Shown: piece after piece, positions 11,637 to 23,012 of the stretch | Layout: the number at the start of each line of letters is the position of its first letter | Numbering within the stretch: the stretch's first letter is position 1 | Assembly (NCBI GenBank): GCA_001643675.2 | Contig: LSRY02000002.1 | Coordinates: 806,001-870,000, forward strand | DNA from: Monocercomonoides exilis PA203 | Lineage: Eukaryota; Protista; Preaxostyla | Direction of reading: 5' to 3' | Length of the DNA: 64,000 bases | Position numbers and translations under genes: made by a program | Notes under the pieces: generated by a model | Databases searched by the model: none | Told to the model about the DNA's origin: nothing | Seen by the model: the letters and a program-made list of their open reading frames with translations, nothing else

Positions 11637-14600
11637 TCAGGTTGCAATGTCGATTGCATCTGACATAGTCAAAACCACTTTATCTTTAGGGAAGTGCTGA
11701 ATAAACACCCTCTTCAGCTCAACAACGCTCGGCCTGGATTCGATTTCCCCTGCCCAGCACCCCTCCACCGTTTCTGCAAGATCCGACTCCATTACAGCAT
11801 CCACACTCGGTCTCTCACCATTCACAATCTTCTGCCCCGCCACTTCTCCCTCATAATCGCCAAACGGGATCTGCAGCGCCAGACACTCCCACAGCATCAT
11901 CCCAATCGAGAACACAACTGATTCCTTTGTTGCTTCCTTGTTCTTGCTCATCAGCAGCTCTGGTGCCTTCCATCGCATGCACTCATATCGATTGTCCTCA
12001 TCATCTTCATACGCTGATGAAGGAAGGGTATCTCTATCATCATCATTCACAGTTGAGCAATCAGACGAGCACGAAAAGACGGATGATGAATCTGAATCTG
12101 AACCATCGGAAGAGCAGTTCGAATGCATCGCAACGCAGATGACCATGTGTTCTGAGAATAGCACAATGTGTGGGCTCAGATTATTCAATGACTGAAGTGG
12201 ATTTTCCATTTCATCAAAGGAGTGGAGTGCAAGATTAGCCACCCAGAACAGGATTTGAGCAGCTGTTTGCTCTCTTTCCTTCAATGTGCCGATTGCCATT
12301 TCCTTCTTTTCATTTCTTCCATGAAGCAACATGAACAGCGAATCCCTCAGATCCACAATCAGCTTCTCATGAGGTGATGAACATGCCATTGCATCCACCA
12401 GATTCGACATCGATGAGGTGGTGGGGCACAGATCCTCCACTCGAACAAAAGTGGATTCTGTGTCTGAAGTGTCTGTGGTGGATGTGGAAGAGATGGAAGG
12501 TGAAGGTGTTCGTTTTCTGTTATTTTCCTCATCTTCCTTTTCATCAACCTTTTCCATCATCCATTCAGATATTTTGTCTGAACCCCCTCCAAGGATGTAT
12601 TCCGTTGATCCACTCTCAGATAGTAGATATTCTTCAGATTCTGAATGCGCCATTGTCTTCTCATATACTCTTTTCTTGATGTTTTCTTCATTTTTCTTTT
12701 CTGCTTCCTTCTCAGCTCTTCGCCACTGCGCCTCAGGCGACATCTCCATCGTCACCATCTCAATCAGCTTCGGATCTTTTTTCACTGTATCGTTCACAAT
12801 CTCTCTCAGATCTTTATTTTCATTCTTGGCACTTCTCCATCGAGCAATAAATATTATTGATACAATCAAAGCAATCAAGAATAAAACAATAAAGATAACA
12901 GCTATTATTAATGCATATGATTTTCCTTCTTTTCCTCTTTCAACATTTCTTTCATCTCCTTTTGGCTCATTCTCACTTCTGTTCTTCAGAATGAATGAAT
13001 CAGTTGAGGCTGGAGATTCAGCCCCTCCAAACAAGATTTTCACAGACACTTCTGTTGCCTCAGATGCAGTTGTAACAATTGATGCTGGAATGGCTGTGTG
13101 AATTTCTGTTTCGCCTGCAAACTCTTCTGCTTGCAGCGGATACACCTGGAGATTGTGAATCGAGCCATCGAAGGAATCAACCTGGAGGGACAAGCCACAG
13201 GGCAGGAGCAAGGAGCCAGCAAGATCAATAGCAAGGGTGTTGTCTTGCTGATGAGACTTCACAGAAGCCAGCTGCGGAATAAAGAACGGAGAGGCTCTTT
13301 CCGAAGTCAATCCTTCCAGCGTGCACTCACTGCTTGAAATCCACATCGAAGTATTCGGAAGAAAGCCATCCCCGTCTTTCAGACTTTGAATATTCAGCAG
13401 CGCATGGTCTAAGCAGACGATGTTGTTCCTAATGGACGGATAGCCTACTGCATTCGGACTGTTGTTGGAAAATAATCCAAATTGCACGGAGATGCTTCCA
13501 CCAGACACAGACAGTCCTCCTTTCGATGAGTTGGCAACACTCGTGTCTATTATCCTTCCTGAGCAATTCTGAAGATCAACCATTGAACCGCTCCACTGGC
13601 ACAGCTCTTCTAATGGCTCTTCGTTTGCTCTCAACTCTGGCGTGCTTGCTGCTCCATCAAACACACACGAAGATATGCAAGCATCCGTCAAATCTGCCAA
13701 CGCAGCAATGTTCCCTTTTTCAGATGGCGAAGCACACTTTTTGTTTGAGCAGTTCTCCAATTCCAGCAACAAAGACGAAGATAAAGCAGCCAAGCAGCAC
13801 GGACCAAACGAATCTCGGGTAATATTTTGAAATGATGACTGCTTTAACCGGATTACTGAGGCATTTGACATTGCACTCACCGCACAGCCATCCCCAAGCA
13901 CTGTGGCAGAAATAGTCACGAAATTCATCTCAACATCTGCATCCTGGGATTCGATAGAAACTAAAGACTCACTTGAAACGCGAGCATCATCGAATTCCAA
14001 ATGGCTGAACTGGATGTTTGAATGGCCTCCAGAACCGTCTGAGGAAAACACAATCAAGCTAACTTTGCTTTCTGCATTTCTGACTTGAACCTTCTGCAGC
14101 TGGGAGTCTTTGCAGTTGTGAAGGAGAAGGGCGGATTCTTCAAGCGCGCAACTGGAAATAAGCACCTGCTGCATGGAGAGGTTCACCAGATTGCGGATAT
14201 CTAACAACACAGCAGAATTCATATCAGAAATGTTCAGGTCCATTAACAAGCAATATTGTCCGCCTCTTGCTGCCACGCACGAAGAACTGAGATGAATGCA
14301 AGTAAAAGTGCACCCGTTAATCGATAGTCTGCCATTCTCCACGAGAATGATGGAGCAGTTCAATTTCATTTCTGAGTTTCCATTCGAAACTTCTTGACTA
14401 AATGTTGAATCGACAATAGACAAGCTTCCATCAGCAAGGGTTAATAAGCTGGAATGAGAAGAAGAAAGAGCGCTTCCAAACAAAAACGTGAGAAATTCCA
14501 TTTTCACTCTCGATGAGCACGAAACGAGGCTTTTCGTCTTGCTTCCGATGCTGCTGTTCAGCACAACATTCCCCCTGGCGCCTTCCGCATCCAGCGATTT

Positions 14601-17600
14601 GATCGAAACATCGCAAGCGCTTGCTTCCCCTGTCATCTCAGCGCTTTTGTCAATCAGCAAATTGCTGTAAACTGAAGAAATGATGTGGGGCAGCGCAACA
14701 TTCAGCGAAATGCACGGTTCGCTCATTGTACCACACTGGCGCGTGTCAGAGGCATTGTCAGCCGAAGAAGATGCAAATATCGTCTCGCTCTGATACACAA
14801 CCACAAGCAGCAACAGATCTTGCTCGTCTGCATAGTCGGGAGCTGTGCATCCCCACATGGCAAGCTCCCGAACAAACGGAGGTCTGAAATCGAGCTGAAA
14901 GAGCTCAACGCTTATTTGAGATTTGATATTTGTGCATTTCACATACAAGTCTCGCCCTTTGTACGCCTTGTTATTCATAAAAGTTGTGTTTTCCAAGAGG
15001 AACGACAAAGGATCAACTCTCGTGATTGACGAGCAATCCAGAAATATCGCTCCTCCTCTTCCACTTTCCGAGCAGAAACATCCAGAGATTGTGGAAAAAC
15101 GACACTCGAAATATCCTCCTTCGTTCAATTTCATGATCATTCCTCCACCTTTCTCGCTTTGGCTGCTTCCACAGTTCTTCATAGATGTGTTTTGCACAGA
15201 CACGCTGCAAGGCTCGCTGCCAGTGCAGCTGATGATGGAGGGCTCAGATGGAGCATTTTGGAGAAGCGAATGGAACGTGCAGCATTTCAGTTGTACTGTT
15301 GTACTGCCATCTTCATTCAATCTCTGAGACTCGCCTCCTAACTCAGCATGCGCTAACGCTGTAATAATGCTTTTGCCCATCGGCTCCATGTTGTTCATCG
15401 AAGCATTCGTCAAGTAAATGCTGCTCTCATGTGATATCACCAGAATGTGACTTTCGGCTTTGATGGACTGGAACGAGCAGAATGACAATTCGCATGTTCC
15501 AGACAGGCAGGCAATAATGCAATAACGAATGGGGGTGCCGGAGGTGCTGGTGAAGGAGCAGCCTTGAGCAGCAAAAGAGCTGCCAGCAGTGTTTATCAGC
15601 TTCGTCTGTTTCCATTCAGATCCATCTCCGCAGCAGAACTCAATGTTCATGAAGGAACATTTCTCATCGTTTGCAAACACAGAATCACTTTCTTCTGGCT
15701 TTTCTGCCTGAGGAGAGATAGCTGCTCCAAAAGTTAGAGTTGGGCATGACTCGGCATCAACTGAAGTTACGGTGACGTTTGAAATGTCAACTTCGCTGTT
15801 AACCTGAGCTTCATCGATTATCAGGAAAATATTCATATTTTGCTGCGCTGGATCTTCCAAAGAACGAAAATGGTTCTGCCCAAACTCCATTGTTGCACAC
15901 GGCTCTTCTGCACTCCCACACCGAATAACATCCCACCCGCTGTTCTTGCTGAGATGGATTTCCTGAGAAGCAAATCCAATCAGAAATCGGCACAGATCGA
16001 AGTTCGTTTTTGTGGTGTCGTTCCCCACGAGCAGATTTGTATCGCTTGCTGTCTCGCTAACCTCAAACGCCAATGTCTGCTTTGTGATGGAAACGTTCAG
16101 GTCTGACGAGAGAAAGAACATGTTTTTCCCGTGCTTTGCAGAGCACTGATCGAAGGCTATCTGCTGGAAGGAGAACGCATTGGAAGCCGAGCAGTCGAAA
16201 TAGATGCCTCCTCCTTTTCCACCTGTTTCACTTTCAGCACAGCATTTCGTGAATGTGGCGTTTTCCATTGCAAATTTCCCTTGATCTTCAACAACAACTT
16301 TCATCGCGCCTCCCTCGATGCTTTGAGTGCCTTTGACATTCGTGACATTCCAATGGGAGCACTCAACATGGCTTGAAATATGGGATGAAAACAGCACTGC
16401 ACTGTTTGCATTTTCATGTACAATCTCTTCAAAAGAGCATTGCGAAAGAGAGATGACCTCGTCACTCGTCGCACCATCATTCAATAGTTTGGATGTTGAT
16501 GGTGGAATCACATAGATGAGAGTCTGATCTCCAATGTCTGCGTTCTTCACATTCAATGAAATAATCGTTGTTGAGGTGCTGGCTGTGTTCTCGCACACTG
16601 CTATAGGTGAATGCTGAAGACGGGTTGAATCAATCTGGCAATTTTCAATATTTAGTATTCCTCCACAAATCTGAAACAGCCAGTAATCCATCAGGTTGAG
16701 CTCGCCTTGTAGCATCCCGAATGAGCAAGATTTTATCGACAAGATGGCTTCAGAAGTCAAGGATATCAATGTTTCGATCTCAGCATCAAAAGAAGAAGGA
16801 AGCAAAAAGCGGATTAATTCGATGGATGTATTTCCAATGGCTTCCATCGCTTTTCCAGTCGGAGCATTCAGCGATTTTGTGCAGGTGATTTCGGCTTTTG
16901 AAGAATTTGATGATCTCAAGATCAAATCCGTATGATTCAGTTCGCTCTCAATTATAGCTGATTTTACGATAGATATTGTCCTTGCACTCACCTCTTCCAG
17001 TTTCTCTATGCAATAATCAACAGACTGGCACGGATAATCCAAGAATCCACACACCACAGTATCAGCACCATCCTCGCTTCCCACATGGACTGTGCTTCGA
17101 ACTTCCTCAAAAAACAGAACCAACGGAATCGAATGCTCATGATCATTTCCATTAAACCCACGCAAATCGTCGAAGGAGTTGTGTCCCAATGAATAAGCAA
17201 AAGGAAGCGTTTTTTTTGTGATTGATTCCTTCAGGTTCGGGGATTGAACAAACAAGTCGTTTCCATGCTTCGCTTTGTTTGGCTTTTCTGATGAAAAAGA
17301 AGGAGCTGTGATGGCAAATCCTGCATCTGAGTGCTCAAGATTCAGAAAGATCCCTCCCCCAAATCCCACTCGCGAATCAAAAGGTGCCTCGCATTCTTCG
17401 AAGGAGCATTCCAAAATTGTTGCTGAACATGTGTTTGGCAGCGAGAGGAACAGAGCCCCACCTCCATTTCCATCCCCAGAAACAACACAATGCTCAAAAG
17501 TGCATCCACTTATTGAAGCATCGCAGCCATCCTCAAACCCTTCCCTCCACACTACACTCACACACCCGCCATTTTGCTCGCTCTCAACACCCCAGAAAGA

Positions 17601-19820
17601 AGCATTGGCAAGAGAGATAGTCTTGCAATCTGACAAAGCAATTGCACAGCCTTGCGAAAATCTAAATCCAGATACATTCACAAATTTCATCGTAAATGAA
17701 CCTTCTTCAACTTGAATCAAAGATTTTGTTGATGGCTGAATAGATTGTGTGCTTTTGGTGAAACTGCACAGCTCCAGCTCAAGCGATCCAGAGGAGCCAA
17801 TTGCAATTGCAGATCGGTTGAACACACAAATAAAGGAAATCCTCTTTGCATTCAGCGAACCATTCCCAATGGAGATCAAGCATTCATTTGACGAGGCTTC
17901 GCGACACTTTATTGCAGATGAGTTGTTCTCTGCTCCCCTGAGAACGATATTTCTCCAATCAATGTCAATCATATTTTCTTCGAAATCTTCACTGGCCATA
18001 AAAACATTCTGCCCCAAATATGAATTCCATCTTGTTACTCCATATTCCACCGTTTGACACTCTGATCCTGTTCCTCCGCAAGTATTCTCATCGTTTCCTG
18101 AATTACTGATATGTATTTCTGGCTGAGCAGTTGGCAGATATGAGTCACATACAACACCTCTATCTCCACACATATCTGCATAATCTACGCATTGCACGAC
18201 TTTTCTCGTGGCCGTTGAAAGCGTAAAACTTTGTAATATCTGAACTGTGTTATTTGTCAAGCTATATCCCTTTCCAATAAAAATATCTGCCGCATGAGTC
18301 GATGTCTGTACTGTATTGTTTTCAAACAAGCAAAATTGGATTATTTCGCACACATTGAAAATATTATCGCAAGCATCAAATCCTCCTGCACCATACAGAG
18401 CATTTCCTTTAAACAAATAACAATTTGACATTACAAAATCGATTTGTGATCGCACATGATATACAGCTCCAGCAAACCTTAATGTTGCTCTGCTACATTT
18501 GAATATAGTGTTGTAAATTGATCCACTTCCTCCGTGATTCCATGCGACGCTTCCTCCAAAAGGCGCTGAACAATTTTCAAAAGAACAGCCAAGAATCAAA
18601 GAAAAATTATGAGTAATATGAGCAAATGCTCCACCAACTGTCCATTCTCCTGTTCCTCTGCAACAATTAAATAAAGAATTTTCAATGTGGCAATTACTTC
18701 CATTGCTAAAAATTGCGCCTCCATAAACATATGAATCTGAATATGTATTGACGCATTCTGAAAATGCGCATTTGTCAATAGTGAGCTTTGCGCTATTGCA
18801 AACCGCAATTGCTCCACCTTGAGAGGCGCTGCATTCTGTAAACGTACATTCTACAAATGTGATTTCTCCATCTGAAAACGATTGGGCTTTGTTCGTGTAG
18901 TTCTGATGGGAAATGGTGTTTCTCGAACGAATGAAAGAAGTGTTCGATGAGTCAAAACCACATCCACGAGAGCCAGAAATGAGAATACCATAAAACGGGC
19001 AAACGCAATCAGCGACCACGCAGCCTTCCATTTTGCTCTCTTGCAAAGAATGCTTTTGTAGCAAGTTTTTGTTGCAGCTCTGGGTAGATATATTGTGGAA
19101 GCTGCAAAAAGAAGCTGAGGCAAATGACAAATCGATATCGCCAATGAACGGTTTCACAAATGAGGCACAATACGAAGAAAATGTGCAACACAAAACATGA
19201 ACACTTCCTGTCAAATGTTGTGCGCAGGAGCTTGCTGAGACAAGAGATGGGCATGCCTGCTTCGGAAAAGTCCTTCTCAAAGAAATATTCGTCATTCTTA
19301 TTGTTCCTCCAGCACAGTCAAAAGGAGATAATTCCGTCTCTGTCTCCACGCTTATGATACATCCACAAATAGTCAATCTGGACAATTCATTTTTCACAGA
19401 AATAGCAGAAGTTATTTTTTGGATAATATTGATTTGCTCAACTGCCAACGACGAGTTCAGAGCCGTCATTCTGCTGCAAACACAGCTCCACTTGTTCATA
19501 TTATTATTGAATGTGCCAGCAAGAAAGTTATGATCAAATGCCCTCCCTGAATCCTCCTGCAATCGTTTTATGCTCTTTTCTGTATTTTGCGACCAGTCAG
19601 ATGAATTCAAATCCTGCGTCACAATAGACTTCACCGCATTGATTGAGTTCACATTATGCGAGGAGAATGCACTTTTACTTGCGTCATTAACTTCTCCTAA
19701 TCTTCCAATGAAATAATCTTGAAAATCGACTTTTTTGAATTCATCTGCTTTATAGCTCGTTTCTTCATTGCAGTAAATTGTGTGTAAAATTATAGATACA
19801 CAAAAAATCGTGAAATACAT
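11637..19820 (-). CDS. Giant single-pass surface protein (about 2727 aa): signal peptide, Cys-rich pectin-lyase/Pmp-like beta-helix ectodomain, TM helix, degenerate TKL-like pseudokinase
   Basis: Uninterrupted 8.2-kb ORF. Hydrophobic start MYFTIFCVSIILHTIYC; repeated GGA(I/L/V/M) and CGxxxx(P/E)C modules; TM YALIIAVIFIVLFLIALIVSIIFIARW; C-lobe RWKAPELL...VVFSIGMMLWECLALQIPF...GERP...RP. Confidence 0.8.
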   Translation of the reverse strand: MYFTIFCVSIILHTIYCNEETSYKADEFKKVDFQDYFIGRLGEVNDASKSAFSSHNVNSINAVKSIVTQDLNSSDWSQNTEKSIKRLQEDSGRAFDHNFLAGTFNNNMNKWSCVCSRMTALNSSLAVEQINIIQKITSAISVKNELSRLTICGCIISVETETELSPFDCAGGTIRMTNISLRRTFPKQACPSLVSASSCAQHLTGSVHVLCCTFSSYCASFVKPFIGDIDLSFASASFCSFHNISTQSCNKNLLQKHSLQESKMEGCVVADCVCPFYGILISGSRGCGFDSSNTSFIRSRNTISHQNYTNKAQSFSDGEITFVECTFTECSASQGGAIAVCNSAKLTIDKCAFSECVNTYSDSYVYGGAIFSNGSNCHIENSLFNCCRGTGEWTVGGAFAHITHNFSLILGCSFENCSAPFGGSVAWNHGGSGSIYNTIFKCSRATLRFAGAVYHVRSQIDFVMSNCYLFKGNALYGAGGFDACDNIFNVCEIIQFCLFENNTVQTSTHAADIFIGKGYSLTNNTVQILQSFTLSTATRKVVQCVDYADMCGDRGVVCDSYLPTAQPEIHISNSGNDENTCGGTGSECQTVEYGVTRWNSYLGQNVFMASEDFEENMIDIDWRNIVLRGAENNSSAIKCREASSNECLISIGNGSLNAKRISFICVFNRSAIAIGSSGSLELELCSFTKSTQSIQPSTKSLIQVEEGSFTMKFVNVSGFRFSQGCAIALSDCKTISLANASFWGVESEQNGGCVSVVWREGFEDGCDASISGCTFEHCVVSGDGNGGGALFLSLPNTCSATILECSFEECEAPFDSRVGFGGGIFLNLEHSDAGFAITAPSFSSEKPNKAKHGNDLFVQSPNLKESITKKTLPFAYSLGHNSFDDLRGFNGNDHEHSIPLVLFFEEVRSTVHVGSEDGADTVVCGFLDYPCQSVDYCIEKLEEVSARTISIVKSAIIESELNHTDLILRSSNSSKAEITCTKSLNAPTGKAMEAIGNTSIELIRFLLPSSFDAEIETLISLTSEAILSIKSCSFGMLQGELNLMDYWLFQICGGILNIENCQIDSTRLQHSPIAVCENTASTSTTIISLNVKNADIGDQTLIYVIPPSTSKLLNDGATSDEVISLSQCSFEEIVHENANSAVLFSSHISSHVECSHWNVTNVKGTQSIEGGAMKVVVEDQGKFAMENATFTKCCAESETGGKGGGIYFDCSASNAFSFQQIAFDQCSAKHGKNMFFLSSDLNVSITKQTLAFEVSETASDTNLLVGNDTTKTNFDLCRFLIGFASQEIHLSKNSGWDVIRCGSAEEPCATMEFGQNHFRSLEDPAQQNMNIFLIIDEAQVNSEVDISNVTVTSVDAESCPTLTFGAAISPQAEKPEESDSVFANDEKCSFMNIEFCCGDGSEWKQTKLINTAGSSFAAQGCSFTSTSGTPIRYCIIACLSGTCELSFCSFQSIKAESHILVISHESSIYLTNASMNNMEPMGKSIITALAHAELGGESQRLNEDGSTTVQLKCCTFHSLLQNAPSEPSIISCTGSEPCSVSVQNTSMKNCGSSQSEKGGGMIMKLNEGGYFECRFSTISGCFCSESGRGGAIFLDCSSITRVDPLSFLLENTTFMNNKAYKGRDLYVKCTNIKSQISVELFQLDFRPPFVRELAMWGCTAPDYADEQDLLLLVVVYQSETIFASSSADNASDTRQCGTMSEPCISLNVALPHIISSVYSNLLIDKSAEMTGEASACDVSIKSLDAEGARGNVVLNSSIGSKTKSLVSCSSRVKMEFLTFLFGSALSSSHSSLLTLADGSLSIVDSTFSQEVSNGNSEMKLNCSIILVENGRLSINGCTFTCIHLSSSCVAARGGQYCLLMDLNISDMNSAVLLDIRNLVNLSMQQVLISSCALEESALLLHNCKDSQLQKVQVRNAESKVSLIVFSSDGSGGHSNIQFSHLEFDDARVSSESLVSIESQDADVEMNFVTISATVLGDGCAVSAMSNASVIRLKQSSFQNITRDSFGPCCLAALSSSLLLELENCSNKKCASPSEKGNIAALADLTDACISSCVFDGAASTPELRANEEPLEELCQWSGSMVDLQNCSGRIIDTSVANSSKGGLSVSGGSISVQFGLFSNNSPNAVGYPSIRNNIVCLDHALLNIQSLKDGDGFLPNTSMWISSSECTLEGLTSERASPFFIPQLASVKSHQQDNTLAIDLAGSLLLPCGLSLQVDSFDGSIHNLQVYPLQAEEFAGETEIHTAIPASIVTTASEATEVSVKILFGGAESPASTDSFILKNRSENEPKGDERNVERGKEGKSYALIIAVIFIVLFLIALIVSIIFIARWRSAKNENKDLREIVNDTVKKDPKLIEMVTMEMSPEAQWRRAEKEAEKKNEENIKKRVYEKTMAHSESEEYLLSESGSTEYILGGGSDKISEWMMEKVDEKEDEENNRKRTPSPSISSTSTTDTSDTESTFVRVEDLCPTTSSMSNLVDAMACSSPHEKLIVDLRDSLFMLLHGRNEKKEMAIGTLKEREQTAAQILFWVANLALHSFDEMENPLQSLNNLSPHIVLFSEHMVICVAMHSNCSSDGSDSDSSSVFSCSSDCSTVNDDDRDTLPSSAYEDDEDNRYECMRWKAPELLMSKNKEATKESVVFSIGMMLWECLALQIPFGDYEGEVAGQKIVNGERPSVDAVMESDLAETVEGCWAGEIESRPSVVELKRVFIQHFPKDKVVLTMSDAIDIAT

Positions 19821-20086
19821 AGGACTTGCTATTCCTCTGAAACACAAAACAATGTTAAATTTAAAATATAAATTTATTTTGTGTTAAGATCAATATCGAA
19901 TGATGTGGGTTATAGGTTGAGATCATACGACAATTATTTAATTCTTTATGTTGAACGTGTATTTGTTTGCAACTGCTGTTCTGGCATCGTTGGAATAGCA
20001 TAAGTTGTCAATACAATTTATAACCTTTTTTTAATTAAAATTCAATGTTGCTTGGTTGCTGCTTTCTCAGCTTTTGGTTTCTCTGT

Positions 20087-20319
20087 ATAGTAACTTTCAT
20101 AATAGACGGACGCTTTCCCAATGGCCAGACAGTAACCTTTTCTCAACAGTAAATGAAGCAGAATTTCAATATTTTCCCACATCATTCGTAAGGTGAATAT
20201 GAGTTAATGAAGCATTCCAAATGATGTGGGAAAATATTGAAAATCTGCTTCATTTACTGTTGAGAAAAGGTTACTGTCTGGCCATTGGGAAAGCGTCCGT
20301 CTATTATGAAAGTTACTAT
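20087..20319. repeat. Near-perfect 100-bp inverted repeat (20087-20186 and 20220-20319) with a 33-nt spacer
   Basis: ATAGTAACTTTCATAATAGACGGACG...CCCACATCATT matches the reverse complement of AATGATGTGGG...TATTATGAAAGTTACTAT; one mismatch seen. Confidence 0.95.
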
Positions 20320-22096
20320 GATCGATCAGGAAGAAGATGAAGAGGAAGATGAAGAGGAAGAAAAACTTCGCAGAGAGGCATCATATCCAACCGAAGAATG
20401 AAAAGTTTATGATTTTGTTCATGTCAACTCGAGAAAAGCCATCTCCTTGAGAGGCCCAAAGACAGTGCCTGAATCTGATTATGTGGAATTATTCCGTTCT
20501 TTGACACGAGATCACACAGTTAATCCTCTGATCTGGACACATTTCAGTGCTGAGGGAGATGTTGGATTCAGGTCAATTTTAAACGTCCAAGAAGACATGC
20601 CATCAGTTGACATTTCTGATAGTGCTAAAAGCAGTGATGTAAAATTGCATGTGCATCGTGTGTTGATTACCGAGGAATTTGATGCATTTATCCCACAACA
20701 CTTGGAATTTGTGCGAGATCTTGTGGATTCTGATGATCTTCAGCTAAATGCGTCTCGAGAGACATTGCAAGAGTCAAAGATGCTTCGGCAGATTGGGGAA
20801 AAAGTTGTTCGGAAGATTATCCAGATGATATCTGAGATAGCAGAGAAAGCAGAAAGTGAGGGAGATCAATCTAACGAGAAGATCTACTGGACATACCACA
20901 GGTTTCTGAAGATGGGTGTGAGGAAGATATTCGAAACAGAGGGAGTTTGGTGTGTCTGCTTCGCTTCAACACAACAAAATCAGTGAAGACACCAATTTCG
21001 TTGGATGACTATTTGGAGAGAATGCGCCCTGGGCAGAGCAATTTCTTCTGCATTGCAGGCGATCCTGCGACCTCGAACATCCAACAGTCACCATTTTTGA
21101 CTCCGTTCAAGAAAAGAGGATTGGAAGTGCTGTTTCTTTCGGATTCAGTTAATGAGATGGTTGTGCAAGAGATGAAAGAATACGACAAGAAGCTGTTCAT
21201 TTGCGTGACGCAGGTGGAGAAGAAAGCGCTGACAACTGAGTCTGAATTTGAGCGCGAGAAATTGAGGCAGTGGAAGAAGAGATTTAAGCCTCTTGTGAAC
21301 TTCTTCAAGGAAGCACTTGGAGAGAAAGTTGAAAGAGTTGAAGTTTCAACCCGTCTGGCTGCTGATGCATGGACACCGTGTGTGCTGGCGCATGTTGAAG
21401 GATCAGCCTCGGCCAACATGGAAAGATACACCAGAGCACAAAACAGAGCAAATCCCAGTTTTTATGTGTAAGAATCGCACAAAGTGTTGGAGATTGACCC
21501 GACGAACAATCTGATCAAGGGAATAAATGTTGCTGTACAGCAGGTTGAGGCGCAGATCATTGATGGTCCAGACTTTGATGAGGAACTGGAAGAGAGAGAC
21601 GCAGTATATGAGAATTAGAAAGCAATCGGAAGAAGCTGGAGACAGTGGCACTTCTGTTGCATGATACAGCTGTGTTTGAGTCAGGCTACATTATTGGAGA
21701 TTCCAATGCATATGCATCAAAAGTGTATGATGACTAAAAAGAATGACAGGACTATCAAATGCACCAGTCAAATCAGATGAGGATATAGCAAAGGAAAAAG
21801 CGAAAGATGTGGATGACAAACCAGAGATTAAAGAAAGTACAAAGGAAGTTGAAGAAGAATGTGAAGGTGAGGAAGAGGAAGAGGACGAAGAAGAAGAGAA
21901 GAAGGATGATGATATTGTTGAGAGCAAGGATCTAGAAGAGTGGGAAGAGGCTCGATTGAGAGAGGAGAGGAGACAAAAGAAGAAGAAAGAGGAAGAGGAA
22001 AAGAAGAAAACAGGCAAAAAAGAAAGTCAAAAAGAAGAAGAAAAAGAAGGGCTCCGATCTGAATTAATCAATCTTATTGTCTTTCACTTCTCATAA
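20320..22096 (+). pseudogene. 5'-truncated Hsp90 pseudogene, probably ER type (Grp94/endoplasmin); charged linker, middle and C-terminal domains only
   Basis: HFSAEGDVGFRSIL, VKLHVHRVLIT, LVDSDDLQLNASRETLQ, ISLDDYLERM, VERVEVSTRL, SANMERY, VLEIDP. In-frame TGA at 20399 and TAA at 21469; frameshifts near 20920 and 21733; RSEL near the end resembles an ER-retention signal. Confidence 0.88.
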
Positions 22097-22957
22097 TTTT
22101 TCTTTTTAAGCTTTATTTGTTTTTTATCAAAAAAGATTGAACAATTGCGAGTTTTGAATCACAGATTAAAATGAATATGAATAAACAATTTTGAAAAGTT
22201 AAGCTATTCTTCAAGATATTCTTCCGGGTTTTTTTTTATTTGAAGCAGTACAGTTTTTTCCTCATTGAAAAAAATATTAAACAGCTGCAAATAATCTATC
22301 TTTATTCCTCAATAATCCAAAAATGTTAAAGTGAGCTGTTTTTTATTATTTTTTTTCAAAAGGGAACTCAATGAAGAGATATGTTTTGTTTTTGCTTGCA
22401 TTGTTTTGTTTTTTTTTTTTTCAATAATAACACCAAATAGTTTTAATATTCAATAAATCTGGAAGAAAAAATCACCAAAAACTATCCACAATTGTGAATC
22501 TGGGTTGATTGAATAATTTCAACAGCATCAAACTTTTTTCAACATACAGATATCGCACAAAATTCCTGACATCGCACAAAATACTTGACAAGATTGATTT
22601 CACAATGACTGTAGGAGGAATATTTCTGACAATTTTCCTCAAAATATACCTCATCAATGCAAACTCATTTAATATTCAAAAAATTCAAAAAAGCTTCATT
22701 TGTGTTCAGAAAAAATAAAATTCGAAATCTCGAAGAAATAGGATTTTGAGTTTCCCCGAGATTTTAATAATAATTATTTTCTGAGCACAAATGAAACCTT
22801 TTTGAAACTTTTGAATATCAAATGAGTTTGTATTGATGAGATATATTTTGAGTAAAATAGTCAGAAATATTCCTCCTACAGTTATTGTGAATAGGCCTTT
22901 GCGACAAGGAAATTTTTAGCGATGCGTGTCGGTCGAAAGACTTGGACTGTGTCGAGT

Positions 22958-22958
<1 letters not shown>

Positions 22959-23009
<51 letters not shown>
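22959..23009. repeat. Poly(T) tract of 51 nt just inside the short end of element 1
   Basis: Seen directly; element 2 has a poly(A) counterpart at 37898-37934. Confidence 0.95.

Positions 23010-23012
<3 letters not shown>

Noticed and set aside
21469-21471. TAA read as Gln (non-canonical code, as in some oxymonads) rescuing the Hsp90 gene
   Set aside because: The same locus has a TGA and frameshifts, and sufC, the hydrogenase and sufB end at TAA or TAG at the expected positions.
10400-22500. TIR pair enclosing the intact giant receptor gene
   Set aside because: No TAGRCCT-type ends or TSD were found around it by eye.
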